Assembly: GCA_037441385.1 (NCBI GenBank)
Contig: JBBISH010000104.1
Span: 1 to 22,610, forward strand
Direction: 5' to 3'
DNA from: Myxococcales bacterium
Lineage (GTDB): Bacteria > Myxococcota_A > UBA9042
DNA: 22,610 nucleotides
The position numbers and the translations under genes were made by a program. Of this stretch, positions 16,023-22,610 are shown piece after piece (positions within the stretch are counted from its first letter, which is position 1; each line of letters starts with the position of its first letter). Under the pieces are notes generated by a model. It worked only from the letters and a program-made list of their open reading frames with translations, was not told the DNA's origin and did no database searches.

Positions 16023-18320
16023 CTACGGCGCCACCAAGATGCGCGCGCTGCGCGGCGGCAGGGTCAGGTCCGGGCCGCTCACGCTGTCGCCGCTGAGCAG
16101 GTCCTTCAGGGTGATCCCCGGCAGGCCGCCGACCGAGGCTTGGGCATCGCCGCGGTTGATCGCCAGGTAGACCACGTCGGTGCCGAGCGTCATCGACCAC
16201 GCCCACACGTCGTCGCCACTCCACAGGCTCTGGCGGACGCCACGCCGCAAAGCTGGGTGCTCGCTGCGGATCTTGCCCAACTTCTGGTGCTGCGCCAGTA
16301 GCCACTTCTGGTTGTCGCTGGTGCCGGTCCACTGCATCGGCCGGCGGTTGTCGGGATCGCCCGCTCCGGGTTGGCCAATCTCGTCGCCGTAGTACAACAG
16401 CGGCACGCCGGGGCTGCCCATCAGCACGGTCATCGCCACGGCAATTCGCTCGTACGCGCTCTTTTCGCCGACCACGCCGGGCTGGCCGCTCCAGGCCTTG
16501 GACTTGCCGTCGCCCCAAACGTCTGTAAACAGGGGCGTATCCTGGGCGTAGTGGATGATGCGCGGCAGATCGTGGTTGCCGGCAAACGTCGACATGATGG
16601 CGCCGCCGCCGTAGTAGCTGTCGTTGGCGAGGATGAACTTCTCTAGATCTTTGACTTTTCCCTGGCGCAGCAGCACCACCTGGTCCAGCACGGCGCGCAG
16701 CGGAAAATCGAACTGCCCGTCCAGCTTGGCGCAGGGGTCGACGAACGACTTGATGAAGCCCTGGTCGCCGGTATAGGTCTCGCCCACGAGCCAGATGTGT
16801 TGGCCGCGCACCGGCTCGACTTCGTTCAGCAAACGGGTCCGCAACTCGGTCAGCCAAGCGCCCTCGACGTGCTTGATGGCGTCCAGGCGCAGGCCGTCCG
16901 CGCCGCTCTGCTGCATCCACCAGATCACGTTGTCGATCGAGGCTTTGCGGGCGTCAGCGTTGTTGAAGTCGAAGTCCGGCAAGTAGTTGCGGAACCAGCA
17001 CCACACGCCCGACGGCCCGTCCCACGGGCACACGCCCGAGCCGCACACGCACTCTTGGCCGTTGACGGTCAGCGGGTGGAACCATTCGGGATGATTCTTG
17101 AAAATCGGCGAGTCCTTGTGGACGTGGTTCATGGCGTAGTCGAGCACGACTTGGATGCCCTGGGCGTGGGCGGCCTGCACCAGCGCCTGCAGATCGGCCA
17201 TGCTGCCAAAGTGGCTGTTGGGCTGGCTCACGTCCTTGGGCCAATAGCCGTGGTAGGCCGTGTATTTCTTGCCGTCGTCGCCGAACTCGACCGAGGTGGT
17301 GTTGTCCATCGGCACCGTCAGCCACAGCGCGTTGACGCCCAGATCCTTGAAGTAACCACTGGTGATCTTCTGGGTGACTCCCTTCCAGTCGCCACCGTTC
17401 CAGTTGGCGATGTCGGCGAGATCGGCCGAGCTGGCTTTTTGGTCGTTGCTGGGGTCGCCGTTGGCGAAGCGGTCGACGAACACGAAGTACAACACCGCGT
17501 CGCGCCAATCGAAGGCGCTGATCTTGGCCGGCACCCCGCAGATCGTCTGGGGCGCTGGGCACACGCCGTCGCTTGGGCAGCTCAGGGGCGGCAACACGGC
17601 GTTCTTGCCGCCGTAGCCGTCGTCCAGCAGCTGGCTCGCGCCGGGATCCGGCTTCCAGTCTTCTTTGCCGCTCTGGCGCACAATGCGGAATTTGTAGACG
17701 AACTGTTGTCCTGGCGGCAGCAGTCCGCTGCCCGACCAGGTGCTGCCGTTCAAAGTCAGCGGGATACCGACCTTCCAGCCGTCCCAGCTGCCGCGGGCCT
17801 CGACCGAACTTTCGTTGCCCTCGGCCGGCCAGACAAAGCTGTGGGTGCACCACTTTTCGCCGTCGCTGCAGGTGCTTGGGCCAGTGTCGCTGGGGCTGGT
17901 GTCGCTGGGGCTGGTGTCGTCGCCGCCGGCATCGCTCCCATCGGGCGGGACGGCCGTGTCTTGGGTGTCGGCGGTGTTGACCCCATCGGCGGGCGCGTCG
18001 GGCGCCGTGTCTTTGATGTCGGCGGCGTCGGCCGCGGCGGTCCCGTCTGCGCTGTCTTTGGCCGTGTCGGGCGCGCCATCGGGGAGGGCGTCGGGCAGCG
18101 CATCCTTGCCCGCCGTGTCTGCGGCAGAGTCCCCAGGGTGACTATCAGAAAGAATAGTAGTATCCGATGGTTGTGTTGTGTCGATGCCGGCTCCCGCGGT
18201 CCCCGACTGCGCCGGCGCCGCGCAGCCGACCAGGGCAAGCAGCGCCCCCTGGGCCAACAGGCCGGGCAGGGCCGCACGCGGCCAACGGGTGGAGTCGACA
18301 AGGATCTTTGGCAGGTTCAT
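16023..18320 (-). CDS. Lipoprotein GH13 alpha-amylase-family glycosidase with a CBM48/AMPK-type module (~765 aa)
   Basis: ATG 18320 with AGGAG RBS, lipobox LVGC, Asp/Thr linker, VEARGSWDGW...YKF module. Catalytic-domain motifs YFVFVDRFANGD, GGDWKG, YHGYW, DYAMNH, GLRLDAIKH, GE, NHD and LYYGDE. Confidence 0.93.
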   Translation of the reverse strand: MNLPKILVDSTRWPRAALPGLLAQGALLALVGCAAPAQSGTAGAGIDTTQPSDTTILSDSHPGDSAADTAGKDALPDALPDGAPDTAKDSADGTAAADAADIKDTAPDAPADGVNTADTQDTAVPPDGSDAGGDDTSPSDTSPSDTGPSTCSDGEKWCTHSFVWPAEGNESSVEARGSWDGWKVGIPLTLNGSTWSGSGLLPPGQQFVYKFRIVRQSGKEDWKPDPGASQLLDDGYGGKNAVLPPLSCPSDGVCPAPQTICGVPAKISAFDWRDAVLYFVFVDRFANGDPSNDQKASSADLADIANWNGGDWKGVTQKITSGYFKDLGVNALWLTVPMDNTTSVEFGDDGKKYTAYHGYWPKDVSQPNSHFGSMADLQALVQAAHAQGIQVVLDYAMNHVHKDSPIFKNHPEWFHPLTVNGQECVCGSGVCPWDGPSGVWCWFRNYLPDFDFNNADARKASIDNVIWWMQQSGADGLRLDAIKHVEGAWLTELRTRLLNEVEPVRGQHIWLVGETYTGDQGFIKSFVDPCAKLDGQFDFPLRAVLDQVVLLRQGKVKDLEKFILANDSYYGGGAIMSTFAGNHDLPRIIHYAQDTPLFTDVWGDGKSKAWSGQPGVVGEKSAYERIAVAMTVLMGSPGVPLLYYGDEIGQPGAGDPDNRRPMQWTGTSDNQKWLLAQHQKLGKIRSEHPALRRGVRQSLWSGDDVWAWSMTLGTDVVYLAINRGDAQASVGGLPGITLKDLLSGDSVSGPDLTLPPRSARILVAP
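17884..17919 (-). repeat. In-frame 15-bp tandem repeat in the amylase linker (DTSPS)
   Basis: GTGTCGCTGGGGCTG twice plus a partial copy on the + strand. Confidence 0.7.
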
Positions 18321-18718
18321 AGCAGTCTCCTGGTCTCCAGCGTAGCGGCCGGCACCGGTACGGGCAAGCGTTTGCGGCCCTGCCATCGCCCGTTCAGCGG
18401 CCGGTTCGTCATGATCCTGTGATGCCCAATCTGCTGAATTCGGATCCGAAACCGGGGCGCTGCGGGGGGCTTGTGCCGGGTCCTGTCCTGATTTTCGCGA
18501 GTTGGCGATTGAATGGAAGCTGCAGCACAAGCGTGAATCCGCAGGGGCGGTTGCGAATCATGCCTTGGCGCCCCTGCTTGGCCGGGCTAAAATCACCCTG
18601 ACCGGACTCCGGCGCGGCGGGGCCGCGTTCTTGGCACTGGCGCCGCAGAACGCGAGGGGCCGTTGCTGCGCCTGTCCAGTCCGGACTGTCCAGTCCACTA
18701 CTGTCAGCGGGGGGAGTC

Positions 18719-19006
18719 ATGTCCAAACAAGAACAACGCGACGCCGAAGCCATCTCCAAGGCGATCCAGGCCGCGGGCGTGCGCGGCGTACACGTAGAGG
18801 TCGACGACCAGGAAGTTGCGTACCTGGACGGCGAAGTGCAGAACGCCGAAGAGGAAGTCACGGCGGTCCAAGCGGCGATCGCCGTGGGCGCGGTCGAAGT
18901 CGTCGATGGCCTGCACTACCCGCATATGCCGGTGGTCACTCACCACGTCAAGGCCATCACGCAGGGGGTGCCGGTGGACCACCATAAAGACAAGCACGGA
19001 CACTAA
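18719..19006 (+). CDS. Small BON-domain protein with a His-rich tail (95 aa)
   Basis: DAEAISKAI...VHVEVDDQEVAYLDGEVQNAEE...A...GAVEVVDGL follows the BON pattern; GGGAG RBS. Confidence 0.75.
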   Translation: MSKQEQRDAEAISKAIQAAGVRGVHVEVDDQEVAYLDGEVQNAEEEVTAVQAAIAVGAVEVVDGLHYPHMPVVTHHVKAITQGVPVDHHKDKHGH

Positions 19007-19010
19007 CCCG

Positions 19011-20045
19011 TTGATAAACAAGATAGTTTTTCAAGTTGCGTTGGTCTGCGGCGCGGCGTGCAGTCGCTCTGTGCCGCCGCCCCCGGCGCACGAGCCCGCG
19101 GTGCCCAAGATGGCTGCGGCCGCGCCGCTACCGGGGCCGGCGACCGTACTGGCCGCCGCCGTCACCCGGGCGCAGTGGGACGAAGACCCACCAGAGACCG
19201 CCCTACAAGGTCCTGCACTGCAAGGTCGTTTTGGCCAGACGCCCGGCGCCCACAGCCGCAGCGTTGGGACGGCCCAGAACGGCGCGCTGCAGGGCGGCGT
19301 GGCGCTGCAAGAGAGCGCGGCACTGCGGATCCTGCCGCAGACCAAGCGCAACGCCCTATACTTCGCCACCGCCGAGCTGACCGGGCTGCTCGAGCGGTCT
19401 GCGGCCGCCCTAGAGCAGGATCATCCCGGCGCGGTGCTCCGCGTGGCCAATCTGTCGCGGCAAGAGGGCGGCGACATCGGCCCCAGCGTCAGCCATAACA
19501 GTGGCCGCGACGCCGACGTCATGTTCTTTGCCTTGGACCGCTTCGGCAGCGACAAACAACCTGACAATTTCTGTCACTTCGACAGCACGGGCGTCGCCGA
19601 CGGGCCCACCCAGGACGCCGGTCGCTACGAGTTCGACGCCGCGCGCAACTGGAGCCTGGTGAGGCACTGGCTCTCGGATCCCGACGTGGTGGTGCAGTGG
19701 ATCTTCGTATCGATTCCGTTGCGCAATCAGATGTTGGACTATGCGCTGCGGCAGGGCGAGCCGGCGGGCCTGCGGCGGCGGGCCGCGCAAGTGCTGGTGC
19801 AGCCTCGCGATTCCAGCCCGCACGCCGATCACTTCCACTTGCGTATTGCCTGCCCGCCCGGCGATCGACCGGCTTGCATCGACGGCGGTGGGGTGACGGC
19901 CCAGGCCCGCGACGCGCAAATCGACTCGTTGCTAGAGATGTATCACCACGGCTCGCCGGCCGAGCAGCGTTACGCCCGCGAGCTTTTGAGTTTGCCGCCC
20001 GACGCCGACTTGGCCGCCCTGCCGCCGATCGAAGGCGAGGATTGA
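19011..20045 (+). CDS. mepA: Penicillin-insensitive murein endopeptidase (MepA, peptidase M74) family protein, probable lipoprotein (~344 aa)
   Basis: SVG..NG.L.GG, NLS..GG, SHNSGRDAD (HxxxxxxD) and HADHFH (HxH) zinc motifs. Likely start TTG 19011 with GAAC lipobox. Confidence 0.85.
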   Translation: MINKIVFQVALVCGAACSRSVPPPPAHEPAVPKMAAAAPLPGPATVLAAAVTRAQWDEDPPETALQGPALQGRFGQTPGAHSRSVGTAQNGALQGGVALQESAALRILPQTKRNALYFATAELTGLLERSAAALEQDHPGAVLRVANLSRQEGGDIGPSVSHNSGRDADVMFFALDRFGSDKQPDNFCHFDSTGVADGPTQDAGRYEFDAARNWSLVRHWLSDPDVVVQWIFVSIPLRNQMLDYALRQGEPAGLRRRAAQVLVQPRDSSPHADHFHLRIACPPGDRPACIDGGGVTAQARDAQIDSLLEMYHHGSPAEQRYARELLSLPPDADLAALPPIEGED

Positions 20046-20076
20046 CGGCGGCTCGATCGGCCAAATGGCCAAATTC

Positions 20077-20104
20077 TTGACAATCTGCATTTTCAGTGTA
20101 TTGT
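20077..20104 (+). promoter_or_regulatory. sigma70-type promoter of the Cys-rich lipoprotein gene
   Basis: TTGACA-16 bp-TATTGT in an AT-rich patch, preceded by tandem GGCCAAAT x2 (20059-20074). Confidence 0.65.
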
Positions 20105-20208
20105 TCCGCGCGAATTCGTCCGGCCATACGCAATGCACCGGGTGGTGCAGGCGAAGCCGGGCGAAAACACTTGCCCTGGGCCTGCGGACCTGGGGCGCGA
20201 GGTGAATC

Positions 20209-20808
20209 ATGCGCAAGATCAACTGGTTGCTCGCGCTCGCGGCCGTAGCTATGCTGGCCGTGGGCTGTGGCTCGGACACGACCACCACCACCACCACGAC
20301 CAACGACACGTCGACCGCCAAGGATACGACCACCACCACCGACACCATGAACATGGGCGATGGCACGATGGCCGACATGAAGATGGGCGACAGCACCATG
20401 GCCGATACCATGATGGCTGACACCGCCACCATGACCGCCGACAAGGGCTGCCTGGGCGCGTCGGACATGGCCTACGTCGAAGAACTCAGCAAGGATCAGG
20501 CCAAGGCCGAAGCCTTCACCAACGACACCAAGTCGTGCACCCTGGGTTCGTGCATCAGCAAGACCACCGACGCCGAAGGCTCGGCCTGCGTGGGCAAGTG
20601 CCTGGTCGAGACCAAGGGCCACAAGCTGACCGTCGGCTGCGCCACCTGCTACGGCATCCGCGCGTTCTGCACGCTGAACAACTGCGTCAAGAACCCCGCC
20701 GAAGCCGGCTCGGGCTGCGCCACCAACGCCAGCGGCCAAGCCTGCATCGACTGCCAGAACAAGTACAAGTGCGTTCAGGCCGGCGAAGACTGCAAGGCCG
20801 GCAAGTAA
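20209..20808 (+). CDS. Cys-rich lipoprotein with a Thr-rich and Met/Asp-rich linker (199 aa)
   Basis: GAGGTG RBS, lipobox AVGC, poly-Thr, 14 further Cys in the C-terminal ~120 aa, strong GC3 codon bias. Confidence 0.85.
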   Translation: MRKINWLLALAAVAMLAVGCGSDTTTTTTTTNDTSTAKDTTTTTDTMNMGDGTMADMKMGDSTMADTMMADTATMTADKGCLGASDMAYVEELSKDQAKAEAFTNDTKSCTLGSCISKTTDAEGSACVGKCLVETKGHKLTVGCATCYGIRAFCTLNNCVKNPAEAGSGCATNASGQACIDCQNKYKCVQAGEDCKAGK

Positions 20809-20825
20809 GCCACTCTGGAACGCGA

Positions 20826-20873
20826 CCGAAGGGTCGGCCTTAGCTCTGCTGGGGTCGGCCCTTCGGCGTTTTT
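20826..20873 (+). terminator. Intrinsic terminator
   Basis: 19-bp stem CCGAAGGGTCGGCCTTAGC / GCTGGGGTCGGCCCTTCGG with four G-U pairs, TCT loop, then CGTTTTT; begins 18 bp after the stop codon. Confidence 0.8.
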
Positions 20874-20925
20874 GGCGCAGATTTGCCGCAGATTTGGCGC
20901 AGATTCGCCGCAGACTTGGCGTAGA
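20871..20925. repeat. Five tandem 11-bp direct repeats, consensus TTTGSCGCAGA
   Basis: TTTGGCGCAGA TTTGCCGCAGA TTTGGCGCAGA TTCGCCGCAGA CTTGGCGTAGA, read directly. Confidence 0.9.
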
Positions 20926-21003
20926 GCCGGTTCTGTGGCACGCTCGCGGCGTCGGCCAATCACCTGCCCCGCTTGAAGCCCCAACCGCCCATCAGGACGC
21001 GCC

Positions 21004-22428
21004 ATGATCGATCACACCTTGCGTTTTCGTCGGATCGCCGCTGCCTTGGCCCTGCTGGTGCCGGCCAGCCTGACCGCATCTCTCTCAGCCCAGGCCGCCG
21101 GCTACGACACGCCGATGCTGTACTCAGCGCGGCACATGGGCATGGGCGGCGCCGCCATCAGCTACGTGGACGATCCCAGCGCAATCTTCCACAACCCCGC
21201 GGGCTTGGCCAACATCCAGGGCGGCGCGGTTCTGGCCGACTTCTCGCCTCTCATCGGCACGATCAAGGGCAGCCCGTCGAGCCACGTGCTCAGCGACCAA
21301 AGCAAGCCCGGCCTCAGCATCACCTCGAACACCACCTTTGCGCCGTTCTTCATGGCCGGCGGCGCCTACAAGCTCCACAAATACTTGACCTTGGGCTTTG
21401 CGGTGTACCCGGTGGCCAGCGCTGGCGCCAGCTACACCTACAAGACCAAGCTCGATGGCGGCGGCACGGCCGACATGGAGGACATGACCAAGCTGGCGTT
21501 CATCGACTACGCGCCGTCGATCGCCGCCGAGATCCTGCCGGGACTGAAGATCGGCGCCGCCTACCGGTTCGCGACCGTCGACTTCGAGCGCAAGCGCGTC
21601 AACCCGCAGCAATTCGGCGACCCGCTGGATATCGACCTGTCGATGAAGGGCAGCAACGCCAAGGGGTTCCGCCTGGGCGTTCAGTACACGCTCAAGGACT
21701 TTGGCATCGGCCTGACCTATCGGCACCGCACCGACACCACCGTCTCGGCCGACAAGGGCGTGCTGCTGAGCAACAAAGGCCACGACCTGACCTACGAGTT
21801 CACGCTGCCCTCTAAGCTGGGCCTGGGTCTGCACTACGACGGCATCACCAACCTGCGGCTGGCCGCCGACGTCGAGTACACCTGGCAAGAGCAGAACGAC
21901 ACCTCGTACATGGCCGGCACCGCCGACCTGGGCTTCCCGGTCAAGGTCGCCAACATCTCCAAGTGGTCCAATACCATCACGGCCCGCGTCGGCGGCGCCT
22001 ACCGCTTGGGCGCGCTGACCGGGCGCCTGGGCTACGTGTTCGACAGCCAGGCCTCGCAAGTCCGCTATCCGTCTGCCTTTGGTACGCCGCCCGGCATCAC
22101 CCAGGTCGCCACTTGCGGCGTGGGCTACGCGATCAGCGACAACCTGGACATCTCGCTGGCGGGTGCCTACCGCACCGGCTCGGCCACCGTCACCGCCGCG
22201 GACATCAAGGACAATGGCTGCGCCTTCTGCGGTCTGCAGGGCGACTACAAAGTCAGTCTGTTTGGCGCCTACCTCGACGCCGTCTGGCGATTTGGTGCGC
22301 CCGCCAAGGCCGCTGCGCCGGCTGCGACGCCCGCGCCGGCTCCAGAAGTGGCCCCCGCACCGGCCCCGGCTCCAGAACCGGCGCCCGGCCCCGGCTTGGC
22401 CCAGCGCGAAACTCGATCCGCGCGTTGA
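21004..22428 (+). CDS. OmpP1/FadL-family outer-membrane transporter (474 aa)
   Basis: Signal peptide ending AQA, then AG...SARHMGMGGA...DDPSAIFHNPAGLA (FadL hatch motif) and alternating beta-strands to YLDAVWRF. Confidence 0.88.
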   Translation: MIDHTLRFRRIAAALALLVPASLTASLSAQAAGYDTPMLYSARHMGMGGAAISYVDDPSAIFHNPAGLANIQGGAVLADFSPLIGTIKGSPSSHVLSDQSKPGLSITSNTTFAPFFMAGGAYKLHKYLTLGFAVYPVASAGASYTYKTKLDGGGTADMEDMTKLAFIDYAPSIAAEILPGLKIGAAYRFATVDFERKRVNPQQFGDPLDIDLSMKGSNAKGFRLGVQYTLKDFGIGLTYRHRTDTTVSADKGVLLSNKGHDLTYEFTLPSKLGLGLHYDGITNLRLAADVEYTWQEQNDTSYMAGTADLGFPVKVANISKWSNTITARVGGAYRLGALTGRLGYVFDSQASQVRYPSAFGTPPGITQVATCGVGYAISDNLDISLAGAYRTGSATVTAADIKDNGCAFCGLQGDYKVSLFGAYLDAVWRFGAPAKAAAPAATPAPAPEVAPAPAPAPEPAPGPGLAQRETRSAR

Positions 22429-22449
22429 GAATTCCCGACCGCGGGCGTC

Positions 22450-22478
22450 TTGACAGTCGCTGCACGCTTGCGCATACT
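22450..22478 (+). promoter_or_regulatory. sigma70 promoter of tRNA-Phe
   Basis: TTGACA-17 bp-CATACT followed by a GC-rich discriminator-like stretch (GCTGGCCC). Confidence 0.8.
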
Positions 22479-22533
22479 GCTGGCCCACAACGGCGCCCGA
22501 GCGGTGCCGTTCCCCGGTCCGAAACAGCAAGAC

Positions 22534-22606
22534 GCCCAGATAGCTCAGTAGGTAGAGCAGTGGACTGAAAATCCACGTGTCGCTGGTTCGATTCCGGCTC
22601 TGGGCA
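22534..22606 (+). tRNA. tRNA-Phe (GAA), 73 nt, CCA not encoded
   Basis: Acceptor GCCCAGA/TCTGGGC, D arm GCTC/GAGC, anticodon arm GTGGA-CTGAAAA-TCCAC, T arm GCTGG-TTCGATT-CCGGC, discriminator A followed by CCG. Confidence 0.98.
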
Positions 22607-22610
22607 CCGG

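Noticed and set aside
15772..16170. 132-aa Pro-Asp repeat ORF, and the antisense Gly-Ser ORF 15162-15974, as real genes
   Set aside because: No clear RBS, large antisense overlap with the amylase or SGNH gene, and openness follows from stop-free hexamers. Kept only as a property of the repeat element.
18321..18530. N-terminal extensions in the ORF track for the amylase (also 9204-9389, 14001-14198, 18816-19010, 2247-2363)
   Set aside because: Downstream starts fit better (RBS, signal peptide position or adjacency to the previous stop); the extensions overlap other genes or intergenic DNA.
20871..20925. CRISPR repeats or plasmid iterons
   Set aside because: Contiguous 11-bp units without spacers; no rep gene or AT-rich unwinding region nearby.
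1..22610. Tyrosine recombinase at one end and a tRNA at the other, suggesting an integrated island
   Set aside because: The recombinase tail is the housekeeping Xer type (HPRA), the cargo is core genes (dnaE, mazG, sigma factor), composition looks uniform and I saw no att duplication.

Overview
GC-rich bacterial chromosomal window, probably Myxococcota/deltaproteobacterial (inferred from the SspB type, the two-gene RdgC arrangement and several low-complexity or Cys-rich lipoproteins). It is mostly core and cell-envelope genes. In order: the 3' end of a XerC/XerD recombinase; a WecA/TagO-type MraY-family transferase; a coupled GNAT-sspB pair; a lipoprotein; a minus-strand run of RpoD-like sigma factor, CBM9-like lipoprotein, mazG and dnaE; a plus-strand operon of split RdgC-like pair, MBOAT and SGNH acyl-modification genes; a lipoprotein GH13 amylase; a BON protein; a MepA-type endopeptidase; a Cys-rich lipoprotein; an OmpP1/FadL transporter; and tRNA-Phe(GAA). 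I found no transposase, prophage, CRISPR array or recognisable defence system, and I cannot show a new multi-gene system from sequence alone. The best unexplained signals are mostly non-coding: a ~250 bp hexamer-periodic element bounded by 13-bp direct repeats (15762-16010), five helically phased 11-bp repeats next to a sigma54-like motif before fadL, a structured 5' leader with two mutually exclusive stems, a TA-ended 13-bp inverted repeat, and a TGAC-N6-GTCA palindrome on both sides of the sigma gene. DnaE also has an unusual set of PHP-domain metal ligands. All family calls come from motif recognition by eye; no searches were run.
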